A stretch of DNA of 64,000 bases from an uncultured Candidatus Rokubacteria bacterium (GTDB taxonomy: Bacteria > Methylomirabilota > Methylomirabilia > Rokubacteriales > CSP1-6). A model generated the notes under the pieces. The model was not told where the DNA came from. It did no database searches and saw only the letters and a list, made by a program, of their open reading frames with translations. How positions within the stretch are numbered: the stretch's first letter is position 1; every line of letters begins with the position of its first letter. Below are positions 50,534 through 59,913 of this stretch, piece after piece. The stretch is from contig CAVYTA010000006.1 of assembly GCA_963771355.1 (NCBI GenBank), positions 2,400,001-2,464,000 of the forward strand, given 5' to 3'. A program made the translations under genes and the position numbers.

Positions 50534-51022
50534 CTAGAGCGCGCGCTCCATCCAGAGCTCGGCGCGGCGGTTGCCGTTGTAGTCCGGCACGTCGAGGAAC
50601 CCGTAGGCGCGGTAGAGGTGCACCGCGGCCGCGAGCCGCTTCTCGCTGTCGAGCCGCAGCCGGCGGCAGCCGAGCGCGCGTGCCTCCGCGAGACAGGCGT
50701 CCATCAGCGGGCGGCCGAGCCCCTTGCCCTGATGCGCGGGGCGGATCCACATGCGCTTGAGCTCGCCGATGCCGGGCTCGAGGCGCCGCACCGCCGCCGT
50801 CCCCACCACCTCGCCGCCCGGGTCCACCACCACCAGGAGCACGCCGTGGTCGCCGTCATAGACCGATCGCCACTGGGCGATGTCGCGATCGAGCCCCTCA
50901 CCGTCCAGCGTCTCGCCGAGGAAGGCCAGGTAGGCGGCGAGCTCGCGCGCGACCGCGCCGTCATCCGCGTCCGTCGCGCGCCGGATCCGGTAGCCGGCCG
51001 CCTCAGCGGCGCTTGCGCGCAT
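50534..51022 (-). CDS. GNAT acetyltransferase
   Basis: ELKRMWI, QGKGLGR, AVHLYRAYGF. Confidence 0.85.
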   Translation of the reverse strand: MRASAAEAAGYRIRRATDADDGAVARELAAYLAFLGETLDGEGLDRDIAQWRSVYDGDHGVLLVVVDPGGEVVGTAAVRRLEPGIGELKRMWIRPAHQGKGLGRPLMDACLAEARALGCRRLRLDSEKRLAAAVHLYRAYGFLDVPDYNGNRRAELWMERAL

Positions 51023-51629
51023 GCGAGGCGAGCCCCCGCTCCCAGAGGTATTCCGTCTCGCCGAGCCGCTGGCCCACCCAGCGCGAGAGCACGAAGAGAA
51101 GATCGCTGAGCCGGTTGACGTACCGCAGGGGCCACGGCGACACCGTCTCGGTCCGGGACAGCGCCAGCACCCGCCGCTCCGCCCGCCGGCACACCGTGCG
51201 CGCCTGGTGCAGGAAGCCGCCCACCCGGCCGCCGCCCGGGAGCACGAAGGACTTGAGCGGCTTGAGGTCTTTCTGGCACTGGTCCATCAGCTTCTCCAGC
51301 GCGGTCACCTCCGCCTCGCCCACGCGGTGCATGCCCTCGTAGACGCCGTCCTCGGGAGTGGCCAGCTCGCTGCCGAGGTCGAAGAGCTCGTTCTGGATGC
51401 GGCGGAACACCTCGTCGAGCCAGCGGTGATCCTTCCCCCGCTTCGAGCTTCCCTTCGTGAGGTTCTCCGCGTTGAACACGCGGGCGAGCCCGATCACCGC
51501 GTTCAGCTCGTCGATGGTCCCGTAGGCCTCGATGCGCGGCGCGTCCTTGGCCACGCGGCGGCCGCCGACGAGCGCCGTCTCGCCGCCGTCGCCGGTGCGC
51601 GTGTACACGCGAGTGATCCGTATCGCCAT
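51003..51629 (-). CDS. pduO: PduO-type cob(I)alamin adenosyltransferase
   Basis: VYTRTGDGGET, EAYGTIDELN, FVLPGG, RTVCRRAER, NRLSD. Confidence 0.92.
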   Translation of the reverse strand: MAIRITRVYTRTGDGGETALVGGRRVAKDAPRIEAYGTIDELNAVIGLARVFNAENLTKGSSKRGKDHRWLDEVFRRIQNELFDLGSELATPEDGVYEGMHRVGEAEVTALEKLMDQCQKDLKPLKSFVLPGGGRVGGFLHQARTVCRRAERRVLALSRTETVSPWPLRYVNRLSDLLFVLSRWVGQRLGETEYLWERGLASHARKRR

Positions 51630-51649
51630 GCGCCCGTCCTCCCGGGCCC

Positions 51650-51670
51650 AGGCTAGCACAGTGCTAGACT
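51650..51670. promoter_or_regulatory. Palindromic back-to-back extended -10 promoters
   Basis: Palindrome CTAGCAC-A-GTGCTAG gives TGcTAGACT on + and TGcTAGCCT on -. Confidence 0.6.
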
Positions 51671-51676
51671 GACGGC

Positions 51677-52117
51677 ATGAGCGACTGGCGCGACAACCTG
51701 ATCACGGAGCGCGAGGCCATCGCGCCGCTGGTGCGCGCGTGCCGGCGCATCGCGGTGCTCGGCATCAAGACCGAGGCGCAGCGCGGCCAGCCCGCCTTCT
51801 ACGTGCCGGAGTACATGGCCCGCGCCGGCTACGACATCGTGCCGGTGCCGGTGTACTACCCGGAGGCCAAGGAGATTCTCGGCCGGCCCGTCTTCCGCAC
51901 GCTGCGCGAGGTGCCCGCGCCGGTGGACATGGTGAACGTCTTCCGCCGGTCCGAGGACATCCCGCCGCATGTGCCCGACATTCTCGCCGCCCGGCCCCGC
52001 GTGGCCTGGTTCCAGCTCGGCATCGTGAACGACGAGGCCGCCGAGACGCTGGCGCGTGCGGGCATCCAGGTGGTGCAGGATCGCTGCCTGCTCGTCGAGC
52101 ATCAGCGCCTGCGCTGA
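51677..52117 (+). CDS. CoA-binding protein (YccU-like)
   Basis: IAVLG, VDMVNVFRRS, WFQLGI, VVQDRC. Confidence 0.9.
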   Translation: MSDWRDNLITEREAIAPLVRACRRIAVLGIKTEAQRGQPAFYVPEYMARAGYDIVPVPVYYPEAKEILGRPVFRTLREVPAPVDMVNVFRRSEDIPPHVPDILAARPRVAWFQLGIVNDEAAETLARAGIQVVQDRCLLVEHQRLR

Positions 52118-52129
52118 CGCTCCCGCTCC

Positions 52130-52750
52130 TCAGGCGATCACGATCTCGCCCCCGTCGGTCGCCAGGGCCACCCGGCGCAGCCCCGGCGCGCCGGGGATCA
52201 CGACCATGGGGACGTCGGCCCCTTCCGTCCAGCGCGCGAGCCGGTCCGGCTCCGGAGTTGCCACCTCGATCCAGGCGACACCAGTGGCGCCGCTGGCGTG
52301 CCCGACCGACTGAACGCCCGGGTACTGGGCGGGATCGTCCCACTGCATGAAGAAGGGCAGCCAGCCGAGCTCGGCCGCCAGCGCGATCCCGGCGGCCTTC
52401 CACGTGAGCCGGACGCCATCGGGGCGCATCCGCTGGCGCCCCTCCGGGCTGAGGCCGAGCCGCGCCGCCACCTCCTCGATCCGGTCGGTGCGGAGCGACC
52501 AGCGGACGAGGCGGTCGCCATCGGCGATCGCCGCCAGCAGCGCGCGGCCGTAGCCCCCCGCCCGGGCGAGGGCCTCGTCCACCACGCCGAGCAGCTCGAG
52601 GTACTGGCGACCGAGGGGGACGATCCGATTGGCGGTGCCAACGCCGGGATGCACGCCGCCGTCGAGCACGGTGAGACCCAGCGCCTCCATCCTGCGGCTC
52701 GCAGCGTCGAGGTCTCGGACTCCCAGAATGACCTGGCTCAGCTCCAGCAC
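52130..52750 (-). CDS. VOC/glyoxalase-like protein (Glyoxalase_3 type)
   Basis: GGVHPGVGTANRIVPLG, YLELL, LPFFMQW. Confidence 0.85.
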   Translation of the reverse strand: MLELSQVILGVRDLDAASRRMEALGLTVLDGGVHPGVGTANRIVPLGRQYLELLGVVDEALARAGGYGRALLAAIADGDRLVRWSLRTDRIEEVAARLGLSPEGRQRMRPDGVRLTWKAAGIALAAELGWLPFFMQWDDPAQYPGVQSVGHASGATGVAWIEVATPEPDRLARWTEGADVPMVVIPGAPGLRRVALATDGGEIVIA

Positions 52751-52761
52751 GCGCGTCGGCC

Positions 52762-53589
52762 TCAGCGGCGCTGCAGGCGGGGGTTCAGGGCATCGTTGAG
52801 TCCCTCGCCCACCAAGTTCAGCGCGAGCACGGTGAGGAGGATGGCCACTCCGGGCACCGCCGACATCCACCAGGCCTGGCGCAGCACGCTCCGCGACGAG
52901 CCGATCATGAAGCCCCAGCTCATGAGATTGGGGTCGCCGAGCCCCAGGAAGGAGAGGCCGGACTCCAGCAGCACCGCCGTCGCCACCATCAGCGAGCCCG
53001 TCACGATCACGGGGCCGGCGGCATTGGGCAAGATCTGCCGGAAGATGATGGCGCGCTCGGCCATCCCCAGCGCCTCGCAGGCGAGGACGAATTCCCGGTG
53101 GCGCAGGGCGATGAACTCGCCCCGCACCAGTCGCGCCACCGCGGGCCACGAGACCATGGCGATGGCGGCCACGATGCTGCGGAGGCTGGGCTGGAAGATG
53201 GCCACCAGCACCACCGCGAAGATGAAGGACGGGATGGTCTGGAAGAACTCGGTCAGCCGCATCAGCGCGTCGTCCACCCAGCCACCGCGATAGCCCGCCA
53301 CCGCGCCGATCAGGGTGCCCAGCGAGAGCGCCACCGCGGTGGCGACCAGTCCGACCAGGAGCGACACGCGCGCGCCGTGGATGACGCCGGCGGCGAGGTC
53401 GCGGCCCAGCGTATCGGTCCCGAGGGGGAACTGCCCGAAGGGTGGCGAGAAGGGCCGGCCGGCGAGATCCCAGGGATCTTGCCGATAGAGGCTTGGCCCC
53501 CCGACGGCCACGAGGAACACCAGGACGAGCACGGAGAGACCGAAGAGCGCCGGGGGCCGGCGGCGGAACCGGGCCCAGAAGGCTCGCAT
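52762..53589 (-). CDS. Peptide/nickel ABC permease (DppC-like)
   Basis: LGTDTLGRD, EFVLACEALG, LSFLGLG. Confidence 0.95.
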   Translation of the reverse strand: MRAFWARFRRRPPALFGLSVLVLVFLVAVGGPSLYRQDPWDLAGRPFSPPFGQFPLGTDTLGRDLAAGVIHGARVSLLVGLVATAVALSLGTLIGAVAGYRGGWVDDALMRLTEFFQTIPSFIFAVVLVAIFQPSLRSIVAAIAMVSWPAVARLVRGEFIALRHREFVLACEALGMAERAIIFRQILPNAAGPVIVTGSLMVATAVLLESGLSFLGLGDPNLMSWGFMIGSSRSVLRQAWWMSAVPGVAILLTVLALNLVGEGLNDALNPRLQRR

Positions 53590-53596
53590 CGCGCGG

Positions 53597-54577
53597 CTAC
53601 CGCACCGCGATCCGCGGATCGAGGACGGAGTAGAGGAGGTCGGTGGCGAGATTGGCCAGCACCACCAGCAGCGACGAGAAGAGGAGCAGCCCCAGCAGGA
53701 GATTCACGTCGCGCGCGAAGACGGACTCGAAGGCCAGGCGGCCGAGCCCGGGCCAGCCGAAGACCGTCTCCACCAGCACCGAGCCCCCCAGCACATGCCC
53801 CACCTGGATGCCGGCCATGGTGATGACCGGCAGCAGCGCGTTCCGCAGCACGTGCTTCAGCGCGACCCGTCCCTCGCCCAGCCCCTTGGCCCGCGCGCTC
53901 TGCACGTAGTCGAGCGTGTAGACCTCCAGCATGGCCGCGCGCATCAGCCGCGTGTAGAGCGCCACGTAGAAGAGGGAGAGCGTGGCCGCGGGCAGGATGA
54001 GATGCCGGCCGACATCGAGCGCGTAGGCGAGCCCCCGCACCCCGGTGCCGGCCAGGGCCATCCCGTGGGTGGGCAGCCACCCCAGATGGATCCCGAACAG
54101 CACGATGAGCATGAGCCCGATCCAGAAGATGGGCGTGGCGTACGACAACAGCGCGAAGACGCTCACCACGCCGTCCACCCAGGTGTTCACGTGGCGCGCG
54201 GCGAGCACGCCGAGCAGGATGCCCAGCGTGACCGCGAGGGTGATGGCGGTACCCATGAGCACGAGGGTGGCGGGCAGCCGCGAGAGGATGAGGTCCAGCA
54301 CCGGCAGCTTGTGGCGGAAGGAGAAGCCGAGATCGAGCGAGAGCACCTGGCGGAGGTAGAAGCCGAGCTGGACGGGGAGCGGCCGGTCCAGGCCGAACTC
54401 GGCGCGAAGCTGGGCCATGAACTCCGGCGTGGCGGACCCGGACTCGCCCGCGAGCACGTCGGCGGCGTCGCCCGGCGCCAGGTGGAGCAGCGCGAAGTTG
54501 AACACCACCATGGCCAGCACCACCGGCACCGCCTGCGCGAGCCGGCGCCCCGCATAGCGCAGGCGCGACCCCGTCAC
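53597..54577 (-). CDS. Peptide/nickel ABC permease (DppB-like)
   Basis: GLDRPL, DYVQSARAKG, ETVFGWPG. Confidence 0.95.
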   Translation of the reverse strand: MTGSRLRYAGRRLAQAVPVVLAMVVFNFALLHLAPGDAADVLAGESGSATPEFMAQLRAEFGLDRPLPVQLGFYLRQVLSLDLGFSFRHKLPVLDLILSRLPATLVLMGTAITLAVTLGILLGVLAARHVNTWVDGVVSVFALLSYATPIFWIGLMLIVLFGIHLGWLPTHGMALAGTGVRGLAYALDVGRHLILPAATLSLFYVALYTRLMRAAMLEVYTLDYVQSARAKGLGEGRVALKHVLRNALLPVITMAGIQVGHVLGGSVLVETVFGWPGLGRLAFESVFARDVNLLLGLLLFSSLLVVLANLATDLLYSVLDPRIAVR

Positions 54578-54584
54578 TCGCGCC

Positions 54585-55070
54585 CTACCGCACGCGTCGC
54601 GCGACCGATGCGGCGCGCGACTCCAGGGGTCGCCCGGCCACCGGCGAGGAGAGGATGATGGAGGTGGTCGGCGTCCCGTAGCGCCCCAGCCGCTCGATGA
54701 GGGATTCGAGATGGCCGACGGAGGTGGCGGCGACGGTGAGGATGAAGCTGTCCGAGCCGGTCACATGGTGACAGTCCCGCACTTCCGGCAGCGACTTGAT
54801 GAGGCTCTTCAGCGCGGGGCACTTCTCCTCCGGCGCGCTCACCCGGATGATGGCGGGCACCACGAAGCCGAGGCGTGCCGGATCCACCTGGGCGCGGTAG
54901 CCGGTGATCAGGCCGGCGTCCTCCATCCGGCGCACGCGCTCCGCCACCGCCGGCGCGGACAGCCCCACGCGGCGGCCGAGCACGCTCCAGGACACTCGCG
55001 CGTTTTCCTGCAAGGCGCGGAGGATCTCCCAGCCGGTCGCGTCGAGCAGCCTTTCGATCTTGTCGCTCAT
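54585..55070 (-). CDS. Lrp/AsnC family transcriptional regulator
   Basis: ILRALQENAR, GLSAPAVAERVRRME HTH, CHHVTG. Confidence 0.93.
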   Translation of the reverse strand: MSDKIERLLDATGWEILRALQENARVSWSVLGRRVGLSAPAVAERVRRMEDAGLITGYRAQVDPARLGFVVPAIIRVSAPEEKCPALKSLIKSLPEVRDCHHVTGSDSFILTVAATSVGHLESLIERLGRYGTPTTSIILSSPVAGRPLESRAASVARRVR

Positions 55071-55081
55071 GGGTGCGGATC

Positions 55082-55109
55082 AGTTTAGAGATCGCGGCGG
55101 ATACGTCAA
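55082..55109 (-). promoter_or_regulatory. Putative sigma70 promoter for the Lrp gene
   Basis: TTGACG-N16-TAAACT ending 11 nt before ATG. Confidence 0.55.
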
Positions 55110-55190
55110 GACGCCTTCGGTTCTCGCTTCCCGCGCGAGGACCGTGTCGGGTAGTCTCATCCTGGTCATCTCACCCGATTGGAGGACGCC

Positions 55191-55688
55191 ATGCCCCTGA
55201 CCCCAGCCGAGCGGAATTCCCTGATCGAGCGCTACGCGGCGGGCCCCGCCCGGCTGCGCGGCGCCATCGCCGCCGTCCCCGCGCCGGCGCTCACGTGGCG
55301 GCCGGCCCCGGCGGAATGGTCGGCCCATGAAGTGGCCGTGCACTGCTCGGACTCCGAGACGCAAGCCGCGGGGCGCATCCGCTTCCTGGTGGCGGAGCCC
55401 CAGCCGCTCGTTCAGGGCTATGACGAGGCGGGCTGGGCCGTCACCTTCGACTATCACGCCCACCCGCTGGACGTCGCGCTGGCCACGGTGGACGCGGTGC
55501 GGGCCAACACCGCGGCGCTGATCCGCCGGCTGCCCGAAGCCGCGTGGAGCCGCGCGGGCCGTCACACCGAGTCCGGCCCCTACTCCGCCGAGGACTGGCT
55601 GCGCATCTACGCCGCCCACCTCGAGGATCATTCGCGCCAGGTCGAGGCGAACGTCGCCGCCTGGCGCGCCGCGGGGAGCCCGCGATAA
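55191..55688 (+). CDS. DinB family protein
   Basis: WSAHEVAVHCSDSE, GYDE..W, HLEDH; SD GGAGG. Confidence 0.88.
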   Translation: MPLTPAERNSLIERYAAGPARLRGAIAAVPAPALTWRPAPAEWSAHEVAVHCSDSETQAAGRIRFLVAEPQPLVQGYDEAGWAVTFDYHAHPLDVALATVDAVRANTAALIRRLPEAAWSRAGRHTESGPYSAEDWLRIYAAHLEDHSRQVEANVAAWRAAGSPR

Positions 55689-55692
55689 CCCC

Positions 55693-56487
55693 TCAGCCCA
55701 GCATCCACATGCCGCCGTCGACGCTGATGGTCTGGCCGGTGACGTACCCGGCATCGTCCCCGCAGAAGAACAGGACGGCGCGGGCGATGTCCTCGGGGGT
55801 GCCGATGCGGCGGAGCGCGATGGAGTCGACGAGCCGCTGCTGGCCCGCCTCGCCCATGGCCTGCCACTGTCGCTCGGAGGCGGGGTTGGAGCGCACGAAG
55901 CCCGGGGCCACGCAGTTGACGCGGATCCCGTGCGCGCCCAGCTCGCGTGCAGTCTGGCGGGTGAAGCCGATGAGCCCCGCCTTGGCGCTGGCGTAGGCCT
56001 GGATGCCGGTGAGGCTGTAGGAGCGCCCGGCCCCCGAGGAGATGTTCACGATGGCGCCGCGCCCGGCGCGCTTCATGGCGGGCGCCACCGCGCGCGTGAA
56101 GTGAAAGGCGCCGTCCAGGTTGACCGCGAAGATCACGCGCCAGTCGGCGTCCGACACCTCCTCCACCGGCCGCATGACCTGGCCGGCCACGCCGCCCGCG
56201 GTATTGACGAGCACGTCCACGCGCCCGGTTTCCGTCTCCGCGCGCGTCACGAACTCACGGACGGCCTCCGCGTCACGCACGTCCACGACCGCGGCATGCG
56301 CCGGCACCGCGGCGCCGCCCGGGCGCGCGCCGGCCGCCTCCACCGCCCGGCGGGTTTCCTCGAGCTCTGCCTCGAGCACGTCGCAGCCCCAGACCGTCGC
56401 GCCCTCGCGCGCCAGGCCCACGCAGATGGCGCGCCCGATGCCGTTGGCGGCGCCGGTGACGATGGCGGTGCGGCCGTCGAGGCGCAT
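55693..56487 (-). CDS. SDR family oxidoreductase
   Basis: TGAANGIG, NISS, YASAK, VAPG; TGATG coupling to the upstream permease. Confidence 0.92.
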   Translation of the reverse strand: MRLDGRTAIVTGAANGIGRAICVGLAREGATVWGCDVLEAELEETRRAVEAAGARPGGAAVPAHAAVVDVRDAEAVREFVTRAETETGRVDVLVNTAGGVAGQVMRPVEEVSDADWRVIFAVNLDGAFHFTRAVAPAMKRAGRGAIVNISSGAGRSYSLTGIQAYASAKAGLIGFTRQTARELGAHGIRVNCVAPGFVRSNPASERQWQAMGEAGQQRLVDSIALRRIGTPEDIARAVLFFCGDDAGYVTGQTISVDGGMWMLG

Positions 56488-57384
56488 CAGAGCCGGCCCC
56501 GCAGGCGCGGGTCGAGCGCGTCGCGCAACCCGTCGCCGAGGAGATTGAAGCCCAGCACCGCGACGAGGATGGCCAGCCCCGGAATGGTGGCCACGTGCGG
56601 GGCCACCAGCAGGAGGTCGCGGCCGGTGGAGACCATGAGCCCCCACGACGGCGTGGGCGGCTGCACGCCCAGCCCCAGGAAGGACAGCGCCGCCTCCACG
56701 AGGATGGCGTTGGCCATGAAGAGGGTGGAGTACACGATCACGGTGGGGAGCACGTTGCGCAGCACGTGGCGCGTCAGCACCTGTAGCGCGCGTGGCGCCC
56801 AGCGCGCGCGCCGCGCTCACGTACTCCATCTCGCGCGCGACCATCACCGCGCCGCGCACCACGCGGATCACGGTGGGCGCCCCCCAGATGCCCACCGCCA
56901 GGGTGGTGTTGAGCACGCCGGGGCCGAGCGCGGACACCACCGCGATGGCGAGGAGGAGGTAGGGAAAGGCCAGCAGGACCTCGGTGGCCCGCATGACCAC
57001 CGCGTCGGTCCAGCCGCCGAGAAAGCCGGCCAGGCAGCCGAGCGTGAGCCCGAGCGAGAGCGCCACCGCCACCGACAGCACGCTCACCACCAGGGCGACG
57101 CGGCTCCCGTAGATCACGCGCGAGAGGATGTCCCGCCCGAACTCGTCCGCGCCGAGGAGGAACTTCCCGCCCGGCTTCGCCCGCTTCTCGATCAGGCTCT
57201 GCTTCGCGGGATCGGCGGGCGCCAGCCACGGCGCGGCCAGGGCCGCGAGGAGGAGCAGGGCCACGATGGCCAGTCCCGCCACCGCGAGGCGATTCCGCCG
57301 GAACTGGGCCCAGGCGCCGAGCCGCCCGGTCTCGTCGACGGAAAGGGCGGCGGCGTCCAGGGCGCCGGCGGCGGAGACGGCCAC
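56487..57384 (-). CDS. Peptide ABC permease (DppC-like); frameshift near 56787
   Basis: LGADEFGRD, EYVSAARALG in one frame; RHVLRNVL, LGVQPPTPSWG in the next. Confidence 0.85.
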
Positions 57385-57387
57385 CCG

Positions 57388-58311
57388 CTAGCCCTGCCGC
57401 GACACGCGGGGATCCAGGGCGCCATAGGCGAGATCCACCGCGAGATTGATGAGGACGAAGGCCACCGCGAACACCAGCACCGCTCCCTGCACCAGCACGT
57501 AGTCGCGGGCGAAGATCGCCTTGACGATGAGCCGGCCGAGGCCCGGCCATGCGAACACCGTCTCCGTCAGCACCGCGCCTCCCATGAGCTGCCCGGCCTG
57601 CAGCCCCAGCAGGGTCAGGATGGGGATGGCCGCGTTGCGGAGCGCGTGCTTGGACACCACGAGCCGCTCGGCCACGCCCTTGGCCCGCGCGGTGCGCACA
57701 TAGTCCTCGCGCAGCACGTCCAGCACGCTCGAGCGCGTCATGCGCGCGACCATCGCCACCGAGGGCAGGGCCAGCGTCACCGCGGGCAAGACGAGGTGGG
57801 CGGGCGTGCCCGCCCCGCCCACGGGGAGCCAGGGCAGCCAGAAGGCGAAGATCACGATGAGCACCAGGCCGGTCCAGAACACGGGCATGGACAGGCCGAA
57901 GAGCGATCCGATCCGGGCCACGGTGTCGAAGTACGACGACGGCCACACCGCGGAGACGAGGCCGGCGAGCACCCCCACCACCGCCGCGATCACGAGCGCC
58001 GCCACCGTGAGCTCGAGCGTCGCCGGCCAGACATCCCGGAGCTCGTCGAGCACGGGGCGGTTCTGCTGGATGGAGCGCCCGAGGTCGCCCCGCACCACGC
58101 GGCCGACATACTCCACGTAGCGGACCAGCATCGGCTTGTCGAGGCCGAGATAGTCCCGGAGCTTCGCCACCGCCTCCGGCGTGGCATGCTCGCCCAGCAT
58201 CAGCGCCACCGCGTCGCCCGGAATCAGCTCCACGGTGAGCATGACCACGAAGACGACACCCAGCAGCACCGGCACCGCCAGCATCAGGCGCCGGAGGAGG
58301 AACGTCAGCAT
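57388..58311 (-). CDS. Peptide ABC permease (DppB-like)
   Basis: GDLGRS, EDYVRTARAKG, ETVFAWPG. Confidence 0.95.
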   Translation of the reverse strand: MLTFLLRRLMLAVPVLLGVVFVVMLTVELIPGDAVALMLGEHATPEAVAKLRDYLGLDKPMLVRYVEYVGRVVRGDLGRSIQQNRPVLDELRDVWPATLELTVAALVIAAVVGVLAGLVSAVWPSSYFDTVARIGSLFGLSMPVFWTGLVLIVIFAFWLPWLPVGGAGTPAHLVLPAVTLALPSVAMVARMTRSSVLDVLREDYVRTARAKGVAERLVVSKHALRNAAIPILTLLGLQAGQLMGGAVLTETVFAWPGLGRLIVKAIFARDYVLVQGAVLVFAVAFVLINLAVDLAYGALDPRVSRQG

Positions 58312-58321
58312 CGGGAACGGG

Positions 58322-59913
58322 CTACTTGTCGAGCCAGACCTTACCCAGCCAGAGGTTGTACTCCACCGGATGGATGGTGAATCCCTTCACCGCGGCCTTG
58401 GTGGCCACGATCTCCTTGGTGGTGTACACCGGGATCCACACCATCTCCTTGGCCAGGATGTCCTGCACCTCGAAGTAGAGCTTCTCGCGCTCCGACTGGT
58501 TCAAGCTGCGGCGCGCCTGCTCGACCAGCGTGTCGATGCGGGCATTCGCATAACGAGACGTATTCCACCCCGTGGGCGGCGTCTGCTTGCTGTGGAAGAG
58601 CGCGTAGAGGGAGTAGTCCGCGTCGGCGTTCGAGGTCACCCAGCCCAGCGTGAACATGTGAGGGTTGAACGGGTTGCCGCGCACCTGCTGGAACACCGCC
58701 GCCCACTCCAGCACCTGCACCTTGGCCTCCACGCCCACTTCCTTGAACATGGCCTGGATGGCCTCGGTGATCTCGCCGTCCTTGGGATAGCGGCCGCGTG
58801 CGGTGAGCCAGGACAGCGACAGGCGCTGGCCGCCCTTCTGCATGACGCCGTCGGGGCCCGGCGTCCAGCCGGCCTGGGCGAGCAGCGCCTTGGCCTTGGC
58901 GCGATCGAACGGATAGGTCTTGTCGAGCTGCATGTCCTTGTAGCCGAACACGCCGGGCGCGAGCACGCCCAGCGCCGGACCCGCCGAGCCCTCCATGATG
59001 TTGTCGAGGATGGCCTTCCGGTCCACCGCGTGCAGGAGCGCCTGGCGCACCCGCACGTCGTCCAGCGGCGCCATGCCCGCATGCAGCCCCGCGAAGACCA
59101 CGCGAATCCCGGTGGTCTCGTGCACGGTGAACTTCGGGTCGCGGCGAAGCGCGGGCAATTGCGCCGGCGAGGGGAAGAGCACCATGTCCGCGTCGCCGGT
59201 CTGCAGCGCGATCATCCGGGCGCCTTCCTCGGGCACCACCTTGAAGATCACGCGATCGAGGAGCGCCTTGTCGCCCCAGTAGTCCGGGAATCGCTCGATG
59301 ATCACGTGCGTGTTGGTCTTCCACTCCACGAACTTGAACGGCCCCGTCCCCACCGGCGCCCGGCTGAAGTCGGCCCCCAGCTTGCCCACCGCGGTGGGCG
59401 ACACGATGCCCATGCAGTACATGGCCAGCGTGCGCAGCACCGGGCCATAGGGCTCCTTGGTGACGATGTCCACGGTGAGGTCGTCCACCACCTCGGCGCC
59501 GCTCAGCGAGCCGGCGAGGCTCGCCCAGCGCGCGGGCGGATTGCCCTTGAGCGCGCGGTCATAGGTGAACTTCACCGCGGCGGCGTTCATCGGCGTGCCG
59601 TCGTGGAACTTCACCCCGGGCCGGAGCTTGAAGCGCACCCGCGTGGGCGACATGACCTCGTAGGAGATGGCCAGCGACGGCTGCACCTGCATCTTCGTGT
59701 CCAGCGTGAGGAGCCCTTCCAGCATGTTGAAGTACACCCACGCCCCGGGGGCGGTGGTCTCGAGATTCGGCTCCAGCGAGACGGGATCGGTGGGGCGCAC
59801 GATGGTGAGGGTGCCGCCCCGCTTCTGGGCCTCGGCCGGAGCGGCGGAGGCCAGAAGTCCTGCGGCGATGGCGCCGGCGACAGGACGAGCAGGGCGTTCC
59901 GGAATCGCGTCAT
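58322..59913 (-). CDS. ABC substrate-binding protein, family 5; frameshift near 59880 in the signal peptide
   Basis: ATG 59913 with SD AAGGAG; LRPGVKFHDGTP, PVGTGPF. Confidence 0.88.

Noticed and set aside
55693..57384. Apparent permease-SDR fusion (563 aa)
   Set aside because: Created by the frameshift near 56787. The permease C-terminus is in another frame and ends at a TGATG overlap with the SDR start.
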